The notes under the pieces were generated by a model. The model was given only the letters and a program-made list of their open reading frames with translations, was not told where the DNA came from and searched no databases. Made by a program: the position numbers and the translations under genes. Below, in pieces: positions 37,101-49,700 of a DNA stretch of 64,000 nt. The number at the start of each line of letters is the position of its first letter. Positions within the stretch are counted from its first letter, which is position 1. The DNA is from Anthoceros angustus (lineage: Eukaryota; Plantae; Anthocerotophyta): assembly GCA_010909165.1 (NCBI GenBank), contig VJWM01000025.1:1-64000 (forward strand). Direction: 5' to 3'.

Positions 37101-38449
37101 CTCTTCGTCATCCACCATGCTCGGTTTCTTCCCATGTCCTCCCCTCTACCATTTCCTCTAGCGCGCCCGCAGCCTTCCACACATCGAGAATTGCGTGTCC
37201 GCGTCATCTGCGAAGTGTCGGCTCTTGGACTTGACCACTGTGCAGGAATGCTTGACACGGATTTCACTAAGTGCTTTCTCTTCTTTGAACGTCCGCCATC
37301 TTGCGTACCCGAGTTCATTCACAACCTTCGTCCTCACGGATTAATGCCTTCTTGCTCGCCACCCAACAACATGAGTCCCTCCCCGCTTCATGTGGTTTGC
37401 ATGGCCTCCTTGACCATTTCACCCCATGCTTGTTTATCAAGGCTTTAACGCATCGTTGTCCACCGCACTCACCGCGCGCCAAGATCAGACTGTCATCATC
37501 ACCGCGGTTAGAACACCACCCCTTTAAAATTGATTGCGCCATTCGAGATCAAGTGGCGTCATCCGTCTCACGCTCGCGGCTTGTCCGCCTTCCACGATTC
37601 CACTTTCCCTTCTTGCAATCGCCACCGCCCGCCTCGAAAGGTTGCCTCCCTTGTCCCCATGCTTAAACACCGCCAAGATGCGGTGCTCTGTTACCCGTTT
37701 GTCCACCATGCCCACTCACCCAGCAAACCGTGTGCACACTTTGCGTCACTTGCGGCAAAGTGTGCACTTGGTGCACACTTTGCCGCATCACTTGCCGTTA
37801 AATCGACTCGCGACAACCAACCTCATCCGACGTAAATAGCTCCTCCTCTATGTCGTTCAATTCTTGCACGCAATGCTCCAACTCCGCATCCGTGGGTGGG
37901 AGGTTCAGATCTCGGCGTCGTCAAAATCAACTCCTGCTCAGACCATCTCGCCCGCCTCTTACCTTCACCTGGCCGGTCTTGAGGAGGCCGCTTCGCCGAT
38001 GTCGAATGAAGACCGCGGTGCGGGGATGAGCGACCGAGGCCGGTTGCCCCCATCCTCCCCACCCGGGACACGGTCCATCGTCGTCGACGCGGCCGCCCGT
38101 GGTGGTGGCCAGACCGACTCGCCCGAAGCCTCCGCCATACTCTCCACCTTGAACCGGTTGTCCACCGCCGTTCCATCAAGGCAATGGCTTCCTCTCGGTG
38201 AAAGGCCATGAGTCCCTAGTGCATTCAAGACAGCCATTTTGAAAAAGCTTGTTTTGCAAAGGCCGAGCAGGTGGTCATTTACTGCTATCGGCCGGGACCA
38301 GCGCGCTGCCTGTGCACTTGCTACTTGCCCATAATCACAACAGTTTTCTGACCACAACCTCGACAGACTGTGGAGCAATTTTCATGTCCCATTGGTTACG
38401 TTGTGCGTTACTCGTGATGTATGATATTGCCCAAATGGCGCAGCGCTCT

Positions 38450-41400
38450 CAATGCCCCCATTACTCCATTTTAACAGTAATCATCGACTTCCTCTGACCA
38501 TTCCCACACGTCACTTGGGTATTGGCACATTCCGCCATTGGATCTGCTTGTTTGTTTGGAAATACTTTAATGCCCACTTGGCATCTGGTTTTGCCCCCAT
38601 CCGTCACTACTCAAACGACATGCCACAATCTATGTGCCACGCATGGGTTCCTCCTCTCTCCATCCCTCGCCGGAGTAGGCACGGCCAAGGCCCACCCTGT
38701 TCCATCCACCTCCGGATGCATGCATTGAGTTACTGCGATGGCCACACAAATGGACCATCGATGGAGTGCACTGCACGGAAACCTTCTCGATTCACAAGGT
38801 CAAACCCGGTGTCGACTTCGCGATGGCCTTGTCCTCCCGGCCGACACTCGTACCATCCAACCTTCAACGAATGGATTATACTCGAAGCGCATCCGCAGAT
38901 TTGCTCTATGTGGCCGTAGAAGACGCTCCTCTTGAGCTCCCGCAGCCCTGTCCCACCCATGATAAACTTTGCACCGCACTATCTTTTGTGCTCCGCCGTT
39001 GTCCGCCTCACTGCTCGAGGTGGCTGCCTTTGTTCCACATGTGACTATGTGCGCAACGCGGGCCATCCATTATAGCCCTCACTTGGTCATAGCAGGATGC
39101 CCCTCCCAAGCGCTCACCGCCCTTCTTGTGCACCCACCTCTTGAAACTTCGTTCCTCATGTGCACCGTACATCCTCACCTCTTCGTCGTACATGTCCAAA
39201 AACGGCTGCATCACCTTCGTGTGATACAGCACATAAGTATGGGCCTGGCGCACCTCAACGGCATCCATTGTGTATGACGGCCGACACCCAACTTTTCTCC
39301 CACGGTCCTCGGGACTCCATGATCCACCGACGTGACCATAGTAACGCGGAGGAATGACATGCCGAAATGCATACTCTCCTCTCTCATATACCCCACGGCT
39401 ATCTTGGACTCGGTTTGTGGCGCATGCCCGCTTCTGGATCCTAAGTATCTCTCCACCGGGTACATCCACCGGTGTGCAGGGCTCACCACCTCGTCCACTA
39501 AATGTATTATGAGGTGGGTTGATATATCAAAGACCTTTGGAGGAATTGCTTTTCCAGAGAGCACATCACCCGCACAGCCTCTTCTCGTTGTGCTTGAATT
39601 TCATGGCCCGGTATTGTCCGCTGGCAAATCCATCTGTACAGTCGACCCAATTTCACAACCGCCTTGTACACCTCTGGGTCTATGCACCCCCGAAGGACGA
39701 TGGGGAAGATGATTTCCAGCATGATGTGCCAGTCATGGCACTTCAAGCTGCCCACTTTGCCCCCCTCTAATTTCGCTCCTATGTTAGACCCATAGCCTGT
39801 GGGCAGCTTTATGCGTTTAATTCCCTCTATGACTTGACGGAGGTCGTCTTTCGCCAAAACGTAAGACGCCTCGGGGCAATGGCAGTCCTCTCCTACCGGC
39901 CACAACCACCTTTTCCCTCCATTGGCTTCCATGTCCATCCTTGATGCTAGGTCGCCTCGCTCCGTCAAAGTGTGCCATATGGCCTCTGCATTGTTCTTTT
40001 CCACGTGCATGACATCCTTTGGCGCCATCACAAGAGGTGACGCCAATATGGGAGCACCCTAAACAGAGAAGACATCCGCGCGTTCCAAAATTTCCTCATT
40101 GCGGATCTCGGCGGTGGCACCTTCTCTCATATACCCCACGGCTATCTTGGACTCTGGTTTCTGGCGCCTTGCTTCTGGATCCTAAGTATCTCTCCACGGG
40201 TACATCCACAGTGTGCTGGGCCAATGCGACCACCTCGTCCACTAAATGTATTATGAGGTGGGTTGATATATCAAAGACCTTTGGAGGAATTGCTTTTCCA
40301 GAGCACATCACCCACTCTTCTCGTTGTGCTTGAATTTCATGGCCTTGTCCATTGGCAAATCCATCTGATCGACCCAATTTCACAACCGCCTTGTACACCT
40401 CTGGGTCTATGCACCCCGAAGGACGATGGGAAGATGATTTCCGGCATGATGTGCGATCATGGCACTTACCACTTTGCCCCCTCTAATTTCGCTCCTATGT
40501 TAGACCCATAGTGGGCAGCTTTATGCGTTTAATTCTCTATGACTTGACGGAGGTCGTCTTTCGCCAAAGCAGGCGCCTCGGGGCAATGGATCCTCTCCTA
40601 CCACAACCACCTTTTCCCTCCATTGGCTTCCATGTCCATCCTTGATGCTAGGTCTCGCTCCGTCAAAGTGTGCCATATGGCCTCTGCATTGTTCTTTTCC
40701 ACGTGCATGACATCCTTTGGCGCCATCACAAGAAGGTGGATATGGGAGCACCCTAAGCAGAAGACATCGCCGCGTTCCAAAATTTCCTCATTGCGGATCT
40801 CGGCGGGTGGCGCACCTTCTGCGTACCATATCTGTCACCACATCATCAAGCGTTGGTGGTGGGGACGGAGTTCCGTCCATCGTATCCATGTCTTCCCACC
40901 GTCCGCTATCTCCGGGCAACCACCTCTGCCAACATAAACCTGCTTTTTAATTGATGAGAATAGCGGGAATCCAGTCCACCGAATCCACACACGCGGGTCC
41001 CTTTCACTTGCAATCCATCGGTGCCCAACCACAGGTAGTCGGCAATGACGCGTTCTGACACGCGCACCTAAAATGCCTCCTAGGATCGTTCACGGTATTG
41101 AAAAGTCTTCCATGTCCACCCCTCTCCACAACTCTTCCGGTTCTTCTACCGGGCGCCATATAAACATCAAAATTTTTACCATGCCCGGTCTGGTACAATG
41201 AGAGGCATGATGACATGGGCGTCCTTTGTGCAAGCCTGTGGAGGCATGTTGTGAACGAATAGCATAACGGCCATATGGACGTGTTGACGGACACTGACCA
41301 AAGGGGTTGAAGCTCGTGCATAATGCCAACCTCAAGTTGCGAGGTTCATCCCGAACCCTTCAAGCGCATCAAATACTCTCCATGTTGGGGTGTCGCCATC

Positions 41401-41900
41401 ATGGACATGTCCCCATTCTCGCTTTGCCTCCCGACGTACCAAGTCATCATCATGCTATTTCGGCATTCGAACATGCGTTTCAATCGCGTCTTAGAGGAAA
41501 TGCCGGAGGACCTCGGGAACAGATCTCGCTCATCAAACCCTTCCTTGTACCGCGTGCCACATCGAGGGCAATGGACGCTGCCGCGTACTCACCACGAATA
41601 GAATACAATCTTTTCACAAGCATGGATTTTCACGTATCTTGGCCCAAACATGTGCAACATCGACTTTGCCTCGTACATGTCCTTGACTTGTTGGGCCGCA
41701 AAATATCCACACTTAAGAGCTTTAAAAGTGCCGTCATGACGCCATCGATGTCATACATCGTTTGCCAAGAACAAGTGTTGCGCTTAGCCCGCTTTCTTTC
41801 GATTGGACTTCCTCTTCAATGTGGTATAACGGCGTTTCGCCGCACAAGCCGCGACTCCATCCTCGCCGCCTTCGCAACATCCGTGGCTTCCAAAGAACTC
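38450..41900 (-). pseudogene. En/Spm TnpD transposase (Tnp2/Transposase_21 and DUF4218-type regions), frameshifted and partly duplicated
   Basis: RLALCT.FNPFG; SIWP; KNFDVYMAP; DVMHVEKN; IKLPTGYGSN; LKCHDWHIML; PPKVFDISTHLIIHL; RWMYPVERYL. Ends approximate. Confidence 0.88.
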
Positions 41901-44900
41901 GTCACCGTGTGCACCGGGCATATCATCACCTCCGAACCCTCATCCATACTTTCGTCGTCGGAACTACTAGTGTGGTCGGTAGGATGGCCACCGCCTGTCG
42001 GACCCATCCGAGCCGTATCCGAATCCCTGGTGCGGAGGCGCCGTCAAGACGGCCGCTCTTCTATGCCTCGTGTCTCGCCGACCGCAAAAGCCACCTTAAA
42101 GCTAGAATTGGAGTGCATTTGCTGGCCATTGATGCGAGAGAACTCACGGCCACGCGGTGCTCGGAGTGGCGGCAGTGAATTCTTGAAATGTGTAATACGA
42201 GCTGCGAGCTCGCGACATGGCGGCGGGGACAATACATGTACACCGTGACCGCATTTCGTGGCATCCTCCCTGTGGTCGTGATCGGTAGGCACGGCAACCA
42301 CAAAGACAGCAAAGGTGGTACATCCGTTATCCGAACGCCCGTCCCACGCTAATCATGACTTCATGACCCATAAACACGACGACACGTAGGACTGGAACGT
42401 GCTTGCGAAACCATGGACGGAAGCACAAACGCCACACCGCTTATGGAGATCCCGTCGTGATGACCCACCGGCGGTAAGTCGACCGACGATCGGGGCAAAG
42501 CGCTACCGAGGCGATGCACGATCGAGAAGATCCGGGGGACAAGAACCTCGCGCCTGGACATGAGCAGCGAATTTGCGCAGAGGAGCCACCACCGTCTTCC
42601 AATCCCAACTCGGCGACAGAGCACGGTTGGCGAGCACGCCATCGGATGCACGCAATGTTCGCGACGGCGTGCACGCTGCGGCGTGGAAGCTGCCGGGCGT
42701 TATGTCAGCGTGGTAGCCGACTCTTCCGACGGGCGGAGATTGGGCGAGTGTAGGGGTGACACCGCAATGGAAAGGGAGGATACCGCTAGCTTGGTCGGCA
42801 CCAGCGGGATGGTTGACACGTATCGTCATTGCATTTGGGGATGCGTGTTTTGATTTAAAGTTGATTACACACAATCCGAAGTTCGACAACGGCCTTGATC
42901 GTCCTAAGCTTGCAAGCAAATGCGAACAAAACGCGTTCGAGGAGGCGCCTTCCCCTTGGTGTAAACAACCTCCTTCATGTCCACTTGCTCACGGCAAGGA
43001 ATAGTGTTGAGCTCATTGTCTCAAAGTCTCGACAGCTCCCATGTTGCGTCGCCATTCTGTGAAAGGGCATCGAACCCGGTGCCCGCAGAGTGCGTTCCAT
43101 GCCGTCTCGTCCAACGCATCCCAATTCCATTCTGTGAAGTGTAGCCACCACGCACGGCCGGACGTGAAGCCCCACATCGGCAGCTTGTTCTATCGAAAGC
43201 GACTCAATTTCGCAACCTCCTCCTTGGATCGTGGCCTCTGCAGAAATTGTAGCTCCGAATGCGGTTCGCCTCTTCTTCCCATGGAGGAAATGTGGCTTGA
43301 CCGGCACTCCGAGCGCCCGGATGCGCCGCCGCCAGCGATTGCTCCTCCACTTTCCTCTTGCCCTTCGCATCACCCGGGGCGGATCGGTCCCTCACGGGAG
43401 GGTGGCGTGTACATCCGCTTACCCTTCTCTCTCAATCTCCTCTCGCCTTCAACTTCCGAGGCTTGCAGCGACCGCAATCCTTGCCAATTCTCTCCATCGA
43501 GGTATGCAATGGACCGGAATCTAGAGAATGCCTTGTGCATCTAGGAGGAGAAGGCAAAGAGCTATAGCACCAATCACCATACTTTGTTTATTACGCGTGA
43601 CTCGGAAGGGGCGTAGCGGTGACTTGTCATGTCCGGTCAACGGTATGAACGGGCACCAAACCATACCCATCCATTCCGCCAGAGTGAGGTCATCGAGTTT
43701 TATTGGGTGACGATGAGAAGTACACGTAGTGATCAAAGAAGAAGGACTTTCCCATCCCAGCGTTTAATTACGGTAATCATATACCCCACATTGTGAGGTA
43801 TAAACCGTCCCTAGTCACACGACGACTGCCGTGATCCAGAGACGGCAAGAGCCAAGGGCGGGCGGCACTCCATACCAGGTCCTTGATGGCCGACAAGAGG
43901 AGAGCAACCTCCCGTCCATCATCCTTGATGGCCATCGTCATTGACAGGGAACTGCAGCCCTCGTCCTTGATGGGCATCGTCGGTTTCCAGCACCAGGCAA
44001 CAACGATGTGCAAACACTTCTGCAATGATCCACAAACAGACAGGGGTGAGGGAGCGGAATGTTGCGGGTTCGTCAAATGCGGATTCCACAACAACTTCAC
44101 ACTGCAGGCATGAACTTGCAGGTTGGAGAAAAGGGCCAAACAAAAAGTGTTCACATGCGGCGCCTCCCCACCGAGCACCAATCCATACCGCAGCGGTCAC
44201 CGAACACCATGCCCGCACTGTAGAAGGGACCACCTCGCTAGAGAAGGAACCACCTCGCCACCGAACGGCAAGACGCCGTGAGGATAGCAAGAGGAGACTC
44301 CACGCCGTGAAGGCGGGGACACCGCGCCCAACATTCCCATATGATCCTTGATGGCCATCGATTTGGGCGGCTGAAGATGGAGACATGCACACACGCCTCG
44401 TCTTGCGAGCTACCGGTGGATACCCACGGTGGTTTCGACAAGCTCGCGGCATACTTGCACATGTCCGTCATAGACGGCACAAGGTAGAGCGGCGGCGAGG
44501 CGTGTCACTGGAAGACAAGCTCGCCTCGGATGCGAAGATGACCAAACAAAGGTAGTAGCGTGAAGCGAGGGCAAGGTGGTGACATTTAAAGCGGAACACG
44601 ACGACCTTAGGCAGCCTCTTGTCCTCCGTGCCACATCGGGTTGCGGATGAGAGGATCTTGAATTTCAGCCGCCTTACATGTGAGAAAAGGAGACATGGCA
44701 GTCGGCATGGCCATCTCAACAGCGGTTGGCGGTAAATTCATGGAGGGCGGTGGCGCGCGGGGGCCGAGCGCCGAAGGTAGATGTCATGTCTCCCAAGGTC
44801 CGGATATCCTTTGCGGCGGACGAGTGACGCCGTGAGGCCACATTGGCGTCCCGCCGAAGGTGTGAATACATGACACGTTACGCCATGTGACGCGTTTGAT

Positions 44901-45639
44901 TGGTGGACTGCATAACGGAGTCTCGAACGATGCACATCATTATATGGGAGAACGCGAATTGGCATATATATGGCAAATTCACATACACGGTCCTTCATTC
45001 ATGGCATAATGAATGGGGCATTTAGTTTGCTTGAATGGCTCTCACGTGCCACCTACCGTCCTTGCACAATGGTGTAGAAGAAGCGATATCAAACAGAGAA
45101 GGTCAATGCACACGACCGACATGGCATGTTTTCTACCATGCCCGGCTTTTCAAATATTAAAATGGCTTCACCACACCTTTCTTGGACAACGGTGGAGAAG
45201 ACAAGTTTATGCGAGAGATAGGGAGCCATTGTCTTTGGTTCATGGTAGAAGGCCATGACATTGTCATGGCCTTCAACATAGGGGACCATACATGGCATGC
45301 ATGGAGGAATGGCATGCTGACAAGGGTGACATACAACAAGTATGCGGTGAAGGCGCCATGGCAAGCCAAGGTTGCGGTGGCATGGCACGAAGTCTCCTCC
45401 TCTCTCTTCCTCCCTCCCCACCGCACCGCGCCGCCCCACGCACCACCACTCCCCACACCATGGCCACCGTCCGTCACCACGGCTCCACGGAATGTGGTCG
45501 CGACATCGCCGCATCGCTGGATCGGTAGGCAATGTGGTATGCGAGAACGGGCAAAGCATAAAAATAGCAAATTAACACATGCATGGTCCGTGGAGCATGG
45601 CGGGTTCTAAGTCTTGCCCTTGAATGGCATGCTGGGCAT

Positions 45640-46790
45640 TAGACGAAATGGCATGCAACACTTGTCCTTGGGTCAGGGGATGATTAAATGCAAATTGTCT
45701 TATTGGAGGAAGATGGCATTGCGAACACTTGTCCTTGCCAGGATGATTAAATGCAAAATTGTCTTATTGGAGGAAGGTGCACAGTGGAATCATTTGTCCT
45801 TGTGTCAAAAATGGTAATCCACAAAGGGCAAATTGTCCTTGGCTCTCCAAATGGTCATCCGAATGGCCAAAATTGACATGAGGCAAAGACATGGTCATGA
45901 CGAATGAGGAACATTTGTCCTTGGGTCACGTGATCATGCATGATGGGAATGTATTGTCCTTGGACCACGAAGTCTCCTCCTCTCTCCTCTTCCTCCCTCC
46001 CCACCGCACCGCGCCGCCCCACGCACCACCACCACACACCATGGCCACCGCCATACCGTCACCACGGGCTCGGAATGTGGTCGCGACATCGCCGCATCGC
46101 TGGATCGGTAGGCAATGTGGTATGCAGAACGGGCAAAGCATAAAAATAGCAAATTAACACATGCATGGTCCGTGGAGCATGGCGGGTTCTAAGTCGGTCT
46201 CTTGAATGGCATGCCACATCCGTGCATTACCGACGAAATGGCATTGCGAACACTTGTCCTTGGGTCGCCAATAGGGATGATTAAATGCAAAATTGTCTTA
46301 TTGGAGGAAGGCGCACAATCATTTGTCCTTGTGTCACAATGGTAATCCACAAAGGGCAAATCCTCTCCAAATGGTCATCCGTAATGGCCAAAATTGACAT
46401 GAGGCAAAGACATGGTCATGACGAATGAGGAACATTTGTCCTTGGGTCACGAAGTGATCATGATGGGAATGTATTGTCCTTGGACCACGAACGGTAATGA
46501 ACAATGGCAAATTATTGTCCGTCGATCGAAAATGATCTTCCATAATGGGAAACATTTGTCCTTGGCTCAAATGGTCATCCGTAATGGCCAAAATTGACCG
46601 AGGCCAAGCATGGTCATGACAAATGAGGAACATTTGTCCTTGGGTCACGAAATGACCATACATAATGGGAATGTTTTGTCCTTGGACCACGAAATGCGCA
46701 TGAGCAAAGGGAAATTATTTTCCTTCGATGCGATATGGTAATCCATAATGGGCTAAATTTGTCCTTGGATGACGAAAATCATAAACACGG
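45640..46790. repeat. Degenerate ~41-42-bp tandem array inside the En/Spm element
   Basis: ttgtccttgg core recurs at ~46436, 46474, 46515, 46556, 46634, 46677 and 46759. Confidence 0.75.
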
Positions 46791-49700
46791 ATGCCTATAT
46801 ATGCCAAACATGCATGGATGCCATATGCATGTAATGGTGTGGTGGACAATCAAGTTGCGCGTGTTTTAGGCATGTGAATGCCACATGTACACATATAGGT
46901 GGTGGGCGCAAACTCCGAGTTTGTGCCCGCAAATCGGCATGCATGGCACATGAGCCACCGGCATGCCCTAGGACTTGCGCCCGCCTCTTCTCCTCTTGCC
47001 CTCTTCCCCATCACCAGGGTTACCTCACCGCCTTGTCGCCATCGCCACGGAGTTCTGCTCACTTTGTCGCGTTATCGGTTGTGCATGCGGTGTGACTCGG
47101 TTGGCCTTCCTCGACCATGGTTTGGGACGTTGACTTTGAGGATTTGTCCGCTTAAGCTCGAACAACGCCGCCAATCCGCCGCGGATGTCGGTGCCCATAA
47201 CGTCGCCGGGAAGGAGGAGTGGGGGCCCATCGACGGCTTGCGCCATGCCGAGAGGAGAGGCCGAAGCCGGAAAATGGTCCACAAGGGGACTTGGCGCAGA
47301 GCGAGACGGCGCCCAACGGCCGGATGGAAGCACGCACGGGATGGTGGAAGCGGCAAGTGAGGTGGGCGGTCGTGGAGAAAGCCGATTCCACCAAGTGGAG
47401 GGTGGATGCCCATGGCGTGGCGGAAGCGGCGAGAGGTGGAGGTGCCGAGGGAGAACCTTCATACAGGAGTGGAGTCTGCCAAGAGGCGGGCGATGCTCGG
47501 CGCGGCGGGAGTGGTGTCTCCAAGTGGGGAGCTAACGCCTGCTTTCTGCAGGAGAGATTCCAAAGTCGGAGGAGGGATTCGCCAGGCGACATCCGGAGGG
47601 AACGAGGACATTGGCCTTAGTCTGGAGCTTGAGGGTGTCCAACTTGAGGAGCATGGTGGTGGTGCACAAGAGGGTGACCCTGCCGAGAGATGGCATACGT
47701 TTTGTGGACCTTCCGCTGGGTGGCGGACAACCCCAACAACGTGGCGGAGGGAGCCTTTGAGGGGAGGAGACTCTGCGGTGGGAGTGGAGACCGGTCTCTG
47801 GGTGGACGCGGCGGAGGAGGGCCAAGGAGCGCATGCCTATGATGGTGAGGAGGGCGGTGAGGAGGAGGACACCAGCGCGAGGATGGGGAGAGCGGGAGCG
47901 AGGAGGAAGATGTGGAGATGGCGGATGCCGAGGTCGAGGAAGACATGCCGACTACATTGCCAGACATGAAATTGGAGAATTGACGAGCACCGGCCGGTAA
48001 GCCATTAGACGCGATGTCATAGCCGTGTTGTGTGCTACATGGCGTGGTGGCGTGTACATGGCGTGAGCCGGTTATGCGATGGAGGGTGGATAGAGAATGA
48101 GGAGGAGGATGAAGAGTCGTCCGATGAGGAAGGACGAGTGAGGAAGGCCTTCCACCGTGTGTTGGAGCTAGTGTGTGCAAAATGGAGTGATGTGCCATGG
48201 TCGAGCCACGACGAAAGTTTGCGAAAGGCGGTGAGGAAGGTAGAGTATGAGTTTGCAAGTATAGAGCGCGAGGATATTGTGGCCAGTTTGCGGTGCATCG
48301 CGGACAAGGAACCACAATGTGGGCAAGAAGGTGCGGTCGCAATGTGGAGGAGAAGGGAAGGATGCAAAATGGTTGCATCCGCCTAATGTGAGCACGAAGG
48401 CATGGAGAAAGGTGGCAGCAAGCCGTGGTGACGTTAAGCATGGGGTGTGTGGCCAACACGCGCGCCGCAACGCAAGAACGAGCATGGGACGAATCCCTTT
48501 GGTCCGAGGAGCAAAGGAGTTCGAGAAACGTATGTCCAACGCGGGAGGGAGCGCAACTGGATGAGTTGAAGTGGGCAGCAAGGCATGGAATGGACCGAGT
48601 AATCTTGGAGTGGTAAAATAGTCGTTGACTTAATGGAATGCTTGGTTGTGATATGTAGGTTTCGCTATGTAGGACGTGAGTGGGTGTCTCCAGTGGGGAG
48701 CTAACGCTACTTTAGGAGAGATTCCAAAGTCGGAGGAGGGATCGCCAGGCGCGACATCCGGAGGAACGAGGACATTGGCCTTAGTCCGGAGCTTGAGGGT
48801 GTCCAACTTGAGGAGCATGGTGGTGGTGCACAAGAGGGTGACCACAGCGGCTGCCGAGAGATGGCATACGTTTTGTGGACCTTCGCTCGGTGGCGGCGGA
48901 CAACCCCAACAACGTGGCGGGAGGGAGCCTTTGGAGGAGGAGACTCCTGCGGTGGGAGTGAGACTGTCTGGTGGGCGCGGTTGCGGAGGAGGGCCAAGGA
49001 GCGCCTATGATGGTGAGGAGGGCGGTGAGGAGGAGGACACCAGTGGCGAGGATGGGGAGCGGGAGCGAGGAGGAAGATGTGGAGATGGCGGATCGAGGTC
49101 GAGGAAGACATGCCGACTACATTGCCAGCATGAAATTGGAGAATTGAGCACGGCGGTAAGCCATTAGGCGATGTCATAGCCGTGTTGTGCTACATGTGGT
49201 GGCGTGGTGGCGTGTACATGGAGTTATGCGATGGAGGGTGGATAGAGAATGAGGAGGAGGATGAAGAGTCGTCCGATGAGGAAGGACGAGTGAGGAAGGC
49301 CTTCCACCGTGTGTGTTGGAGCTAGTGTGTGCAAAATGGAGTGATGGTGCCATGGTCGAGCCACGAAGTTTGCGAAAGGCGGTGAGGAAGGTAGAGTATG
49401 AGTTTGCAAGTATAGCGCGAGGATATTGTGGCCAGTTTGCGGTGCATCGCGGACAAGGAACCACAATGTGGGCAAGAAGGTGCGGCAATTCGAGGGAGAA
49501 GGGAAGGATGCAAAATGGTTGCATCCGCCTAATGTGAGCACGAAGGCATGGAGAAAGGCAGAGCCGTGGTGACGTTGCGAGCATGGGGTGTGTGGCCAAC
49601 ACCACGAAGGCCGCAACGTCGGCAAGAATTAGCAGCATGGGACGAATCCCTTTGGTCCAAGAGGAGCAAAGGAGTTCGAAACGGTATGTCCAACGGGAGG

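Noticed and set aside
37840-37920. THGCG motif as a TnpA signature
   Set aside because: Too short and too degenerate to support a call.
41307-42248. 313-aa plus-strand ORF
   Set aside because: It is antisense to the En/Spm transposase region.
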